A stretch of DNA of 64,000 nucleotides from Chloropicon primus (GCA_023205875.1 CP060755.1:1178001-1242000); one strand, 5' to 3'; shown: positions 55,301 through 63,421, counted from the first letter of the stretch. The notes: a model not told the origin generated them from the sequence alone. Program-made: numbers and translations.

Positions 55301-55480
55301 CAAGCTGTGGCTGACGTTTTTAAGCAAGTCCGCCAAAGCCTTCTCCTGGTTCTGAACGTACTTTGGCGGGTCCTCGTGATACCCATTCACGTTCGTCTTC
55401 ACGCTCGACAAGTCGAAGATGAGCTTCTCGGAGAGCTTATCCTCCTCCTTCGAGAACGGGTCTTCCATGGCGCGTTCCAT
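43343..55480 (-). CDS. Axonemal single-headed inner-arm dynein heavy chain (DNAH3/7/12-like)
   Basis: AAA1 GPAGTGKTETTKDL and CFDEFNRI, AAA2 GESFGMKT, AAA3 GPTGTGKS, AAA4 GLGGSGRQS, stalk/MTBD (KSPPAVVKLVMEAVC) and C-terminal GILSTTGHSTNFV...HW.RRGVA. Short tail. First ATG at 55480, with a probable upstream intron (donor near 55739). Confidence 0.95.
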   Translation of the reverse strand: MERAMEDPFSKEEDKLSEKLIFDLSSVKTNVNGYHEDPPKYVQNQEKALADLLKNVSHSLPPLLNEQALFTKTVCFGDINDLFYHSPSNRIGTKLSPKSKFAAGKLFEEVKVSANGQKKAKRVKGRSKSPDSPLDGESDNKWELTTSDLQTDQKDAIREAIMKYHYYIEHGISEEYLAPYQEFWKTVIFSLVPSSPPRNVSQEYYDNLISESLEDIDRDYRYSAKKAIVDYVVKDRIERDRLFIQPLEMPLTHLENLQKTRTREVVWRELPYEWHDNVDESRERIAWTLQTLSRNAIELSNIWHIHFEHRLLVDVSSSDFLSKLPFTVHDFQEFEVRCCEHMRGLLYTSWLPKNGDVFRRIIPICINGDAEAYYRSISILQSNQLHGLVLGSMREYVRFLETYEPVDEIDPTGDTLLWARSPLFRLKLHVKDECLPVYEPSFSEVEDCVCKIMEGFIQAVMGIPKVGMAAGSRRNVHISALSLESDAVSNALDQVSTVLQRNATAPKKLLELFDDYLYILSMDLDKFLVEYDSEGHSIEEYGETIDKYMDASETVQNICTNEVRTGLYLIDCVGLKTSLSNKAKDIANKLLDQICSKIRESNLQICDAYSTIYSEITKSSKTAEDVLDLKAYIKRSVGEQDELQRQIAENKSNESFLFNYRFATQESDFSLAMKTYEWPKNMVEIMRKATQKATQEHRSFEDELKGRRSKFSETLLKYEEEILLYEELGSEKDMLRKNQISTEASTISQKLSVAVEESEEINRLEKLFGWPVTKFTKVNQLITKLDPFLNLWNISAQFYDNYADWMNGPFSKLDPEEITADVGEQFRRMYKLCKIFGGSAGGPELEKPLLAANTTIDKIKKFQENLPLMSAICNEGLRARHWAKLSEIVGFEMKKDETTSFSRLLDRQIAVHYEKIQEVSDFASREWTLEKTLDKMDEEWNGITLDSADWKETGTYILKGGPVDEAQTLLDDHIVKTQAMTGSPFAVPFKERLDPWEKTLLLLQDILDQWLKCQSKWIYLEPIFGSEEIMKQIPKEGGAFRDMDLTWRDIMEIAHADPIVMNIVKIPGLLDKLTNANECLDVVEKGLNDFLETKKVAFPRFYFLSNDELLEILSEGKIPLNVQPFVKKCFESMKDLQFQDSDGTIVAMNSVEGETVPFPEPVDPEKSRAVEVWLLEVEEQMRAALHKVAGEAIEAYTGAERSKWILEWPGQLVLNCSQVHWTSEVNEAIRSGGAKGLQDYSTKCTEELNKIVDLVRGDLSSLERKTCGALVVIDVHARDVVQSMADDSVSEEKDFKWQSQLRYYWEHDDKRYKAKTIMVRMINAEAYYGYEYYGNSGRLVITPLTDRCYRTLMGAIHMCLGGAPAGPAGTGKTETTKDLAKALAIQCVVFNCSDGLDYKAMGKFFKGLACSGAWACFDEFNRIELEVLSVVAQQVLTIQRAVAAGLKRFTFEGSELKLVLTCNVFITMNPGYAGRSELPDNLKALFRDVAMMVPDYALIAEIILYSFGYLEARPMARKLVQTYKLCSEQLSSQDHYDYGMRAVMAVLRAAGNLKRSDDLKNEPEDALMLKAIIDVNLPKFLDQDVPLFEGILSDLFPGVSMPQADYVKFKEALVESCKKYNLQPLDTFFTKVIQLYEMIIVRHGLMIVGESFGMKTAAYKVLATALTDLNSKGLLGEQKTKYYVLNPKSVTMGQLYGQDDPVSKEWTDGVLAVLFRNAARDTSPDRKWLMFDGPVDAIWIENMNTVLDDNKKLCLNSGEIIAMAGLMNMIFEVADLAVASPATVSRCGMVYVQPSLLGWRPPVESWMNTLPPGLTESHKEHIISLFDWLVPPALRIVTKMCKMPVALQEINLIMSLTRLLESLLDEFQDPELIQGMNENLVFCWLQCLFLFSLVWSVGSSVNEEGRKIFDKNLRKILLNDTPNNLKPFVKAPSVKLVQLFPDSKSVFDFTFEKKKGKWLPWLDTVEKQALDPEAEFTDIIVQTVDTVRYTYLVDILLRHGHHCMLVGPTGTGKSVYIKKHLQYGMDATKYSSMLCNFSAQTSANMTQDIIDGKLDKRRKGIFGPPIGKKMMIFVDDVNMPQVEVYGAQPPIEILRQWMDHSGWYDRKELTFRTLLDIQFIAAMGPPGGGRNAITNRFTRHFSVMNVAAFDTETLSLIFSNIVDWWMSKCSISDSLARFKNPLVQSSIHIYQTAQKELLPTPTKSHYTFNLRDLSKVFQGVVASEDAVSDSGKLVRLWTHETFRVYYDRLVSDEDRSWMLELCHETVDNIFKEKFHKLVSKGNTDLAVQEAVRQVLFANFMIPGQDPKKYDEVESPDALLTIVQEYLGDYNATSKSPMQLVLFLFALEHISRICRVISMSGGHALLVGLGGSGRQSLAKLAAFIEEYTIFQVEMSRSYGKVEWHEDLKKVLKLAGEANKKVVFLFSDTQIKEEGMVEDISNLLNTYEVPNLFVSGDLATIFENIRVKAKQAGMDGTRTQLYNFFLQEIKKNFHIILSFSPVGDDFRERLRKFPALVNCCTIDWFTAWPQDALASVATEFLDDLPVPDDKVIKSVQETVVLFHSSIHKLSTKFKNEMRRINYVTPTSYLELLAFYKEVLNDRQGSVMTVKKRYEVGLEKLEFTESSVQAMQEELVALQPQLVQSTKETEEAMEIIAKETVEADKVKSVVEKEESAASKEAAKVQAIKSECESDLAEALPLLEGALKALDTLTKGDIAEVKGMKSPPAVVKLVMEAVCVIKGQKPARVKDKDSGKMVDDYWETSKKLIIEANFLQSLKEYDKDNIPPNIITKIRVYVQNPDFDPEKVKSASKAAFGLCCWVRAMESYDRVAKVVAPKKVALAQAEKDLEVVLAALKIKQDELQVVLDKLAALDADLTQKKAKKEQLEADVELCKVKLDRAQKLIAGLGGEKARWTQAAVDLGEQYQALTGDCLLGAGQIAYLGPFTQTYRDEVLEQWITKCQEEGIQCSPSFSLVKVLGDPVKIRAWNIQGLPKDDFSTENAISLTIGRRWPLCIDPQGLANKWIRNMEKDRKLYVVKLTDSDYLRTLETCIQYGNPVLLENVGESLDPTLEGLLQKQLFKQGGVMCIKLGDAVVEYSKDFKFYMTTKLRNPHYPPEICVKVNLLNFVTTPEGLEDQLLGIVVAKERPDLEEEKNRLIISGAENKKKLKEIEDEILRVLSTSEGNILEDQAAVEILQKAKMTSDDISEKQKIADETELKIDEARKGYKPIAKHCTTLFFCVTDLANIDPMYQYSLAWFVSLFVRSIQDSEKSEDLSQRLKFLADHFTYFLYVNVCRSLFEKDKLLFAFQLTSKLEIAKGNIDAGQLRFLLTGGVALGENPNENPAPGWISTKMWDEMCRLSAFSDYEGLKEDISNDPDLWKPIYDASDPSTERLTSQWEDKLSQFQKLLVLRSFRPDKIIPAVTNYVSHVMGEKYVAPIPFNLEPCFQDSDAYTPLLFILSPGSDPMANLLRFADQEKVKVESVSLGQGQGPVAMKWIEQGIKDGFWVVLQNCHLAKSFLPTLESVAEKRLIPGKVHENFRLWLTSYPSPLFPIPILEKAVKMTNEAPKGLKAGLLRTYLLDPVCESDFFDTCVKDGEFRKLMFSLAFFHSVIVERKKFGAVGFNIPYQFNENDLRISIRQLKMFLDEYDDVPFPTLSYTCGECNYGGKVTDGHDRHTLMTLLSSFYSEDCLQEGHSLSPSGMYKIPKQTAYEGYLDIIKSFPLLAKPEVFGLHDNADISKDLQESNLLLESLMLTQSSDSSGGGSSYEETVQSITEEILNKLSPEFDIEVAGQKFPQDYHNSMNTVLVQELGRFNRLLTKVRSTMTNLGKALKGLALMNDELDTTSKALFDGKIPPPWMKRSFPSLKPVGSYVKEVQERIQFFNDWINDGEPVVFWLPGFFFTQAFLTASKQNYARRYTVEIDKIDLDFVVRDGEEEFKEPPKDGVYCKGIFIEACKWDEDNHVLGESEPKVLFTQFPVIWMFPTEIDKIKASKSYTCPLYKTTDRRGILSTTGHSTNFVCDIRVPTDCDAGHWTRRGVAMFLALPE

Positions 55481-56365
55481 GGTCCCTGCCTGTACTGTGG
55501 ACAAACACACGAAAAGAAGCGTCAATATCGATCTCGCTCCCCTCTCCGACGATCGAGGAAGCCTGGGCGTCCCAAGGCGCGCGCGCGCGCGCGTGTGTGT
55601 GTGTGTGGGCACACGCTCTACGACCTCGCGGGGCTCCACCTCGAGCCAAGCACAATTGGTCTGCGAAGGGAGGTCTTTCCCCGCGTCTTCCCTCTCTTGT
55701 CCCACGCGAGTTGTGTCCACCTTTCTTCCTCTTCTCACCTTCCAAACCGAGTGGTCACCCTCGCTCCAAACACACTCAATTCTGAAGACCTCCTCTCTCC
55801 GTACTCATCCCTGCGCCACAACACTGTGACCTCCTTCCCCAGCAGAGGCGTCCAGGTGTATCTCTCCTTCCCAAGGGTCAAGCTCCCTCCCCCAAAGGCA
55901 ACAAGTCTTGCTTCCCTCCCAGTGGAGTCTACTCCAGTCCAGTCTCTTTCTCTTTCTCTTTCTCTTTCTCTCCCAAAAGTGTCTCTCAACTTTTCCGTCC
56001 TCGTCCTCCTTAGTTTTGCCTTGCTGCGGTTGGACTTTTCCCCCAAAAGAACTCGACTCGTTCTAATTAAGAAAATACACCATTCATTTGGTACCAAAAC
56101 CAAGTGCGATTTCGATCGCATTTGAATCGGCTTTGTACAAAGTCAAAACAAAAACCAAGGGAGGAAGGTTTTGAAATGAATTGTTATATTGTGAGAGGGA
56201 GAGAGAGGAAGGGGAGGGGAGAGATTGGTCTTGACTTGGGGGGACACCGGAGAGGGGGCGGAGCAAGTGCCCAGCTTGGAAGGAGGAGGAGTGAGGGAGA
56301 GACTGACTGGGGGTACACTTGGTGGGGGATTGTGGAGACGAGAGAGTGAAGGAGGTCTTGACAAG

Positions 56366-59300
56366 ATGCACCCGAGAGGAAATGCTTTGCACGAGAAGCT
56401 CAGGGCAGCTTTGGAGGGAAGGGACGCCAAGCTGCTCAGGGAGGCCTTCGGGGATATTTGCAGTGTGATGACTGAGCCGGAGATCTTCCAGCCCAAGTGC
56501 CTGCCCTACGGAACGCCCTCCTGCATCTCGGCCCTCGTCATATGCTCGGAGTGCGCCTTGAAGCTGGGAGACATAGACATTGCCGAGCACTGTAACGTCA
56601 AGTACTTCGAGCACTCGCACCAGTATGTTCAACAGGGTGAGGAAGGTTGCGTGAAACCGATAGCGATAGAGAACCAGTGGAAAATCAGAGCGCTTTACAT
56701 CGCGGGGATCCTGCAGTACGAGAAGAACAAGCACAAGAAGGGCCAGAAGCTGAGGGACAGCGTACTGAGCGCCCTCCAAAACATAGTCGATGGGATCACT
56801 GCAGCCAGGAAGAGCAACAGGTACAAGTTTTTGGTCTACAACGGCAGCATTCACTTCTGGCAGATAGGTCGCTGCCTCATGAAGGAGGGGGTCCGGTTCA
56901 TGCTTCAACCTCTGGGCAAGGTCGTCGTGGACGCGCTGGCTGATCTGCCGGAGGGAAAGGAGGACTGGAAAGCGAGCTGCCTCGTGAACTACTCTTTGTG
57001 CCTCCAGGAAATCGGGAAGCTGGACGAGGCCATCCAGGTCGTGACGGAGGCCTGCCAATGCGTCACGAAGAGCACGAACGTGGGTTTGAAGTCCCTCACA
57101 TTAGGGCTCAAGACCCACCTCCTGCAGAAGGCAGGGAAAATCAGCGACAAGGACAAGAAGACGGGGGACGAGGAGAGCGAAGCGTTGATCCTCTTGCAAG
57201 CGGTCAAGTCGTCGAAGCTTTCCCCCGAAGAGACTGAGAAGAGTCTGAACGAGCTGCTCGAGAAGGTTAAGGGCTCTGAAGCGGCGAACGACTTCGTGGC
57301 CAACATCGGTTGGGTTGCGTACACGCAAGGGGCCATGGGGATCGCCGAGTCGTCTGCGCTCGTTGCCAAGGAGAACGCAAAAGACCCGCTTGCGCGACTT
57401 CGGGCAGATCTTACCCTGCAAGCTCTTGAGCTGCACCAAGCGGACCCCGGGAAAGCTCACAGGAAGAATGTTGAGGCAATCTCAAAGTTTGACGAGACGC
57501 TGAGCTCTCTGATCAGGATAGGAGACGCGAGCGCGATTCAGGACTGCTGTATTCTCATATGGAACGCCGGCCTCGTGCTGCAAAAGCCGACTTCGAGGAA
57601 ATTCATCATGCACCCTTTCTCGAACGCCGTCTCGATCCTCGACAAAATGGGATCGCCGCTCGTGAAGCTCAGAGTGCAGTTTCACCTCGAGCTCACGAAA
57701 GGAAGCCTGGAGAACAACTACTTGTCGAACGCTGCAAAGCATGCTGACAAGGGATATCACTTGTATGAGACGTTCCTCAACAAGGGTCAGGGGGACAAGG
57801 GAAATGGGTCGCAGACGACGTTGGCCAAGACCATTACCGAGTTGAAAAAGATCGTGGACATGAAATCAAACAAGCAGGTGGACAAGATAGACCCGTACGC
57901 CGCGGACAAGGAACTCGATTACGGCAAGCTCGGGGATTGCGTGATCCAAGCGGTGGAAAATGCTTTGAACGCCAAGTCGCAAGTGGAGAAGGAGGAGATT
58001 CTCACGGAAGCTATGCATCTAGTGGACAACGCGACTCGTTCACAGGCCGAGGCGGAGGACGCGAAGCCTGAATCGAGCGAGGAAGCCGAGGAGGGCGAGG
58101 ACGCGGAGGGATCCCAGGAAGAGGCACAGGAGGAGAAGGAGCTCCAACCCGAGGAAATTGATCTCATGCAGAAACAGGTCGTGCTCTGGGGCCACATCGT
58201 CCAGTCTGCCTGGGCAGCGAAGCTTGACAAGATTGTCAGGAATGCCGCCATGCATGTCTTCCCTGAGTTCAGGTTTCAGAAGGAGACTCACCCCGAGGCC
58301 ATCAAGGTCCAAATCTCCGCCTCCTACGCGGACGCGGAATCTTGCATGTTCACGCTCCACAATAAGGGTCTGCGTCTCGACCCTCCTGTGGGCACCAACC
58401 CCATCGACGCAAATCCAGGCAAGCCGCCTGAAGAGATCGCTACGGATGACGACCTTCTCGTCCGGGCTTGCTCCCAGTTCATTCGCGGAGTGAAGCTTTC
58501 CATATCCCTGGGGAACTACACCCGAGCGTTGAACGGCGCGATTTACATCTGGAACGCGTTCTCGAGCTACATCGACATCACTTCTGGAGAGGAGTACGAC
58601 AAGATCGTCCCGATCATGTCCGTCCTCTTGAAGCAGCTTCTGAAGATTCCCAGGGACAAGCAGGACAAGGAGCTCCTTTGTAAGATATGCAACACTCTCG
58701 CTTGCGGACTTGAGCACAAAGTTCTGATCAGCTGGTCCACCAGCTCCAGCAGGAGTTACCAAGTCCTGCTGATCGAGCTTAGCAAGCACAAGACGCTCAA
58801 TCTCTCGGACCAGGACACCAAACTCGTCGAGGAAGCTTTGGAGTCCTGCGAATCGGTGATTTCCATGCTTGGCGAGGATTGTGACAGCCTCCTTTTCGCT
58901 ACTTGCGCGAGGCTCGTCCGGCTGTCAGGAAAGTCTCCGACAGTGAAGCCGGGGCAGGCGTTCGAGAGCACGAGGGAGAACATCTCGTTCGTCGTCCACG
59001 TGATCGAGCAGACTCAAAACAAGATCCTGGTGGGCAGAACACGGAAGGAGGCCCTCAAAGATGCGATCAAAGCGGTGACGAAGCTGAAGAAACCTTTCTA
59101 CGACCTTTTGGTTCAGATTGCGAGGGTGTCCTTGGAGATGAACGAGACGCACGCGGCGATCGAGTCCTCGGAGGAGTGCCTGAAAATGCTGGAGCTCGCC
59201 AACATCAAGGACGGGTCCGTGAAACAGACCGATCGGACAAAGTACGAGTGGTATATCGCGAGTGCCTGCGAGATGATGGGAGGGGAAGCCTCCCTGCAAG

Positions 59301-62300
59301 TCAGGCAACTGGACAAGCAGGAGAGGTCGGTCCAGCTCCACATTTACAAGATCGCTGGCGACAAGTTTCTCAAAGCTGTCAAGTACGCTTACTACGCCAA
59401 CCATCAGGACATGGTGCTCAGAGCAGGCAGGTTGTTCTGGAACTCCGTGCTGAGCTTGATGAACAACCCGGAAGAAAGGAGGTTGATTGTCGAGAGCCTC
59501 GAGGAGATGTTCTCCTACATCGACTCCTCGGCAATCTACTCGAAAGATCGAAACCTCTGCGTTTTGGTGGTGAGGGCTCTGCTGGAATCCTACACCGAGG
59601 AGGGAAGCTGGGACCAGGGCCTGAAGAGGCTGACAGCAGCTTTCAGGATCTTGCCTCAGAGCGAGCACCTCAGCCTGTGGAAGACAAGGACCTACCTCCT
59701 CATCAACGCGGGGCTGAATCCGATGAACGACGACGTGAAGGACCACTCCGAGGACATCAAAGCAGAGCTTTGGCTGATTGTGGCCAGGAACAGCTACAAC
59801 AGGGAGGATCAGTACTCGGCCTATCTGGAAGCGTGCAATTGCTTCCCGCAGGACCCGATCAAGAGCGCGAAATATTGGTTGACTCTGGCAGAGTGGCTGC
59901 TCGAGCAGAGCGTGCCTCAAGGCGACATCACCCACGTGCTGAACAAGGCCTCTTCGCTACTGCTTACGGCAACGAGCTCCAAGGCTGCGCCTAGTGCCGA
60001 CAAAATCATCTGCAGGACAGGGGAGCCGGACATCTTCCTGGAGGGCTGTTCGATCTGCCAGATCAGCGTTCTCCTCCACCTGTTTGTCTTGAAAATGCAA
60101 GTGGTAGCGACCTACAAGGAACGGCACTACATGGCCATGTGCGCCACGGCTTGCTGCAAGTACCTCATGCTGAACGGATTCCACGCCAGCTGCGTCAGGG
60201 GAAACTCCACGAGCGAGTCCACGTTCCCCCACAAGTGGGATGAGTGGGTAAAGACTTTCTTGGAGGAGGATGCCCCTCGCGATTGGATCGTGTGCGTGCA
60301 AGAGGAGCTTTTGTACAAGGGTTCCGCAATCTACAAAGACCTCAAGTCCCTGGCCGACGCCTTGTTCGAGATGAAAGACTATGGCTACGGCCTCAAGGTG
60401 TCCTGGCTCCTCGTGCTGGTCGAGGAGGCTCTCGGCGACGAGTGCGAGACGCTTGGGTACATCTACGCTTCCAAGATTTTCAAGGCCGCGGGCATGCCCG
60501 AGACTGTGAAGACGGTCGAAGGGCTCATCGAAAGAAAGCTGGAGGAGCTCAAGAACAGGAACTTGCCTGCAGCAGACTTGATCGCCCAAGAGGACGAGGG
60601 GATACAGTCGTGGTCTCCGGTTTTGACGTTTTTGGCTTACGTGGAGCACTACATGTCGAGGGACATGTTCAGCTTCGCGGCAAAGTTGCTGATGTTCGTC
60701 AAGGAGAAGTTCAACGTCGCGGACTCGGCCACTTCGGTGCAGTTGAAGTTCTACCTGCTCGCTGCAAAGATAGAAGTGTCCTTCAACAGGTTCGAGTCCG
60801 CGGCTCTGAACCTGGCCAAGGTCCGCGACGTGGGCAAAGTGAGGGGAAGCCTCAAGTTTTGGAAAGACTACATTGCTCTGTACATCGACGTGAAGCTCGG
60901 GCAGGGGCAGGTCTCGCAGCAGCTTCACACTGACCTAGAGAACGTGAGGTCCATACTGCAGATGGTCTCCGATAACAGGTCGAACACGATAGCCTCGTAC
61001 GAGACCAAGGAGACTCTCGCCCAGCTTTACAGGAGGGACGCTGAATTGTATTTCTTGGAGGCGAGCGAGATGGAAAAGTCCCGCAGATCAGCTGACAAGG
61101 CGAAGCAAAAGTATTTCGAGGCATTCTCGATGCTCGACTGTGCCTGCGAGGCACTGAAGGAGACGGGAAGTCCGCTGTACATCGAAGTGGAGCTGCTTCA
61201 CGTGAAGGCTCTCTGGAGAAAGGCGAAGGAGGACAAGTCAAAGGACATTCTCCAGCTGATCGTGGAGCTCCTTTCGAACTCGGAGAAGCAGCTGATTGAG
61301 ATCCTGCAGTGCAAGTTGGGCCACGCGGACAGCAAGGACGTCAATGGAGTGCACTCGAGGGCGAACGGCTTCATGCCATACTTTAGGAACTTGGGCGAGA
61401 TCCGAGCGATTCTGGGCGTCGCCAGGCTCCAGATCGACGTTCTCACCGAGAATTACAACGACGGCAAGTGGGACCACCTTCCCTCCTTCCCCAAAGTGGA
61501 CGGGAAAGACGCGGCTTGTGTGGAAGAGTTCCTTTCAGAAAACCTGGGCAGCGTGGCAGGCAGGGCCATCATGGCCACCAGCGAGCTTGCCGGGCTCCTG
61601 GCCGACGACAGTTACCAGCTGTGCGCCGAGATCACCAAGTACAGAGCCTTGGCTCTCAGTCTCTTTGGCCTCAGCATGGCACACAAAACGAAGGACGGGG
61701 AGTCGCCACTGGGGTCCCAAGCGATATCGGCGCTGCAAGCGAGCTTCAAGCTATCCATCAAAGCAAATGACATGGAAACTGCACTGAGTACCGCGGAGAG
61801 TCTCATGGGGTTGTACCTGAGGGCCGACAGAGCCATGGACGCGTCCCTGCAACTGTTCCTGATACAGAGCTGCAAGTTCAGCCTCCAAGTTCCTCGCATC
61901 GTCGAGAATGCTTGCGACTCTGCGGACAAGTACCGCCTCCTCCTGCAATCGAGGGAGAAAATGGTGAGAGACCTCTTGCTGCCCTACGAATCAGAGGTGT
62001 TCAAGAAGGTTGATAAGCAGCTCAACAGCATGGACGAAGTCGTCTCGCACCTGAACATGAACTTGCCAAGGGCAGAGATCACAAAGTCTCTTCCCGAGGA
62101 CACCGTCTTCGTGTCTTTCCACATCGGCAAAGGCATCCACGATCCCTTTGAAGACAGTCACTTGTACGTAGCGTGCATGAAGAAGGGCAAGGACGGAGGC
62201 GAGGATGTCGAGGCCCAAGTCGAGAGAATGGCTTACGAGAAGAAGGACTGGGATCGTTTCTTCGGAATGTTGTCATTGTGGAAAGCGAAGTCATCCAAGT

Positions 62301-63421
62301 TCCTGAAGGACAATCACGTGTACGTCGACAAGGAAATGCAGAAGCCAGCTCAAGAAGCCGGGTCAGGCTCGGGCTCAGAGAACGAGGCCCCCGAAGACCC
62401 AACCATCCCAAAGTCGTACCACGTCAACGCGAGGGAGATCCTCACGGAGGGCTGGAAGGAAGTCTTGAGCGAAGCAGGGGCCTTGCTGGAGCCCTTGATG
62501 GGCACCGTGAGAGCTGCACTGGGAATTAAGGGCAAGGGCGCGTCTGAAGCGGTGGAAGAGGAAGGCGGTGAAGAAGGCGGGGCCGACGCAAAGGAAGCCG
62601 AAGCTGACGCAGCTCCTGAGCAGATTCCGCTGAACATTTGCCTCTGCGTGGACGCCGCCCTGTCCATGATTCCTTTCGAGGCCCTGGATGAATTCAGCCA
62701 GTGCGTCTCCGTCAGCAGGAACCCGTGCCTGATCAGCTTCTGTCTCTTGAACCAGCAACTGGAGGCCTCCTCGCCGGGGGGGAAAGCGAGCGTGTGCTCC
62801 AAGGACTTCAACAAGCTCAAGTTCATTGTCGATCCCAAGGGGCAGTTCCCACAGGGCGGCAAGGAGGACGACGAGAAGGAGGGGGACATCTGCCACTTTT
62901 TCGAGAACAACCTGCAGAAGCAATTCAAGGAGTGGGAAGGCATCATTGGCAGGAGCTCGATGAATATTGGGGAGACTTACATCGAGCAAGTGTACGACAA
63001 CTGCGTCTCTTTGATGTGCATCACCCCTGGGCGCTTCTCGCACGTGTTCACTCCAAAGGCAATCAAGCACACCAACCTGAAGAACTGCAGGATGGGCTTC
63101 TTGTTCGACCAGTGCATCAGTGAGAATGCCTTCCTCGAGGAGAAGAATTTGAGGCAGAGGCAAGTCCTGGAGGATCACTACGATGTCTCCACCTTCCTGA
63201 TGCTTCAGGGCGTCAAGAGCGTCGTGGTGAACTCCATGACGACAACGAACCTGTCGTGCTGCAAATTCATTGAAGGATTCGTCGAGTCCCTCAACAGCGG
63301 CAAAGGCCTAGCAGCGTCTGTCAAAGAGTCTGGCTCCCTTCTTCAAGCGGTGCCGGACCTGCCTCCGCACATCCCTTTCACTCAGGTGGTCTACGGGCTC
63401 CCAAACTTGACGATAAAATAA
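56366..63421 (+). CDS. CFAP46: Cilia- and flagella-associated protein 46 (central-pair C1d component, TTC40)
   Basis: N-terminus matches the CFAP46 pattern (LV.C.E.ALK, RY.FLVYN.S..FWQ..R, E.W.A). Long TPR-like helical body and a C-terminal CHAT/separase-like region (L..IPFEAL, VSR, FIVDP). First ATG at 56366. Confidence 0.85.
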   Translation: MHPRGNALHEKLRAALEGRDAKLLREAFGDICSVMTEPEIFQPKCLPYGTPSCISALVICSECALKLGDIDIAEHCNVKYFEHSHQYVQQGEEGCVKPIAIENQWKIRALYIAGILQYEKNKHKKGQKLRDSVLSALQNIVDGITAARKSNRYKFLVYNGSIHFWQIGRCLMKEGVRFMLQPLGKVVVDALADLPEGKEDWKASCLVNYSLCLQEIGKLDEAIQVVTEACQCVTKSTNVGLKSLTLGLKTHLLQKAGKISDKDKKTGDEESEALILLQAVKSSKLSPEETEKSLNELLEKVKGSEAANDFVANIGWVAYTQGAMGIAESSALVAKENAKDPLARLRADLTLQALELHQADPGKAHRKNVEAISKFDETLSSLIRIGDASAIQDCCILIWNAGLVLQKPTSRKFIMHPFSNAVSILDKMGSPLVKLRVQFHLELTKGSLENNYLSNAAKHADKGYHLYETFLNKGQGDKGNGSQTTLAKTITELKKIVDMKSNKQVDKIDPYAADKELDYGKLGDCVIQAVENALNAKSQVEKEEILTEAMHLVDNATRSQAEAEDAKPESSEEAEEGEDAEGSQEEAQEEKELQPEEIDLMQKQVVLWGHIVQSAWAAKLDKIVRNAAMHVFPEFRFQKETHPEAIKVQISASYADAESCMFTLHNKGLRLDPPVGTNPIDANPGKPPEEIATDDDLLVRACSQFIRGVKLSISLGNYTRALNGAIYIWNAFSSYIDITSGEEYDKIVPIMSVLLKQLLKIPRDKQDKELLCKICNTLACGLEHKVLISWSTSSSRSYQVLLIELSKHKTLNLSDQDTKLVEEALESCESVISMLGEDCDSLLFATCARLVRLSGKSPTVKPGQAFESTRENISFVVHVIEQTQNKILVGRTRKEALKDAIKAVTKLKKPFYDLLVQIARVSLEMNETHAAIESSEECLKMLELANIKDGSVKQTDRTKYEWYIASACEMMGGEASLQVRQLDKQERSVQLHIYKIAGDKFLKAVKYAYYANHQDMVLRAGRLFWNSVLSLMNNPEERRLIVESLEEMFSYIDSSAIYSKDRNLCVLVVRALLESYTEEGSWDQGLKRLTAAFRILPQSEHLSLWKTRTYLLINAGLNPMNDDVKDHSEDIKAELWLIVARNSYNREDQYSAYLEACNCFPQDPIKSAKYWLTLAEWLLEQSVPQGDITHVLNKASSLLLTATSSKAAPSADKIICRTGEPDIFLEGCSICQISVLLHLFVLKMQVVATYKERHYMAMCATACCKYLMLNGFHASCVRGNSTSESTFPHKWDEWVKTFLEEDAPRDWIVCVQEELLYKGSAIYKDLKSLADALFEMKDYGYGLKVSWLLVLVEEALGDECETLGYIYASKIFKAAGMPETVKTVEGLIERKLEELKNRNLPAADLIAQEDEGIQSWSPVLTFLAYVEHYMSRDMFSFAAKLLMFVKEKFNVADSATSVQLKFYLLAAKIEVSFNRFESAALNLAKVRDVGKVRGSLKFWKDYIALYIDVKLGQGQVSQQLHTDLENVRSILQMVSDNRSNTIASYETKETLAQLYRRDAELYFLEASEMEKSRRSADKAKQKYFEAFSMLDCACEALKETGSPLYIEVELLHVKALWRKAKEDKSKDILQLIVELLSNSEKQLIEILQCKLGHADSKDVNGVHSRANGFMPYFRNLGEIRAILGVARLQIDVLTENYNDGKWDHLPSFPKVDGKDAACVEEFLSENLGSVAGRAIMATSELAGLLADDSYQLCAEITKYRALALSLFGLSMAHKTKDGESPLGSQAISALQASFKLSIKANDMETALSTAESLMGLYLRADRAMDASLQLFLIQSCKFSLQVPRIVENACDSADKYRLLLQSREKMVRDLLLPYESEVFKKVDKQLNSMDEVVSHLNMNLPRAEITKSLPEDTVFVSFHIGKGIHDPFEDSHLYVACMKKGKDGGEDVEAQVERMAYEKKDWDRFFGMLSLWKAKSSKFLKDNHVYVDKEMQKPAQEAGSGSGSENEAPEDPTIPKSYHVNAREILTEGWKEVLSEAGALLEPLMGTVRAALGIKGKGASEAVEEEGGEEGGADAKEAEADAAPEQIPLNICLCVDAALSMIPFEALDEFSQCVSVSRNPCLISFCLLNQQLEASSPGGKASVCSKDFNKLKFIVDPKGQFPQGGKEDDEKEGDICHFFENNLQKQFKEWEGIIGRSSMNIGETYIEQVYDNCVSLMCITPGRFSHVFTPKAIKHTNLKNCRMGFLFDQCISENAFLEEKNLRQRQVLEDHYDVSTFLMLQGVKSVVVNSMTTTNLSCCKFIEGFVESLNSGKGLAASVKESGSLLQAVPDLPPHIPFTQVVYGLPNLTIK

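Noticed and set aside
55481..56365. N-terminal ORF extensions of dynein (to 55738) and CFAP46 (from 56225)
   Set aside because: Non-ATG starts running through microsatellite, intron-like or purine-rich UTR sequence.
62600..63421. Active caspase/separase-like protease at the CFAP46 C-terminus
   Set aside because: The expected catalytic His-Gly and Cys context is not evident. It is more likely a degenerate structural domain.
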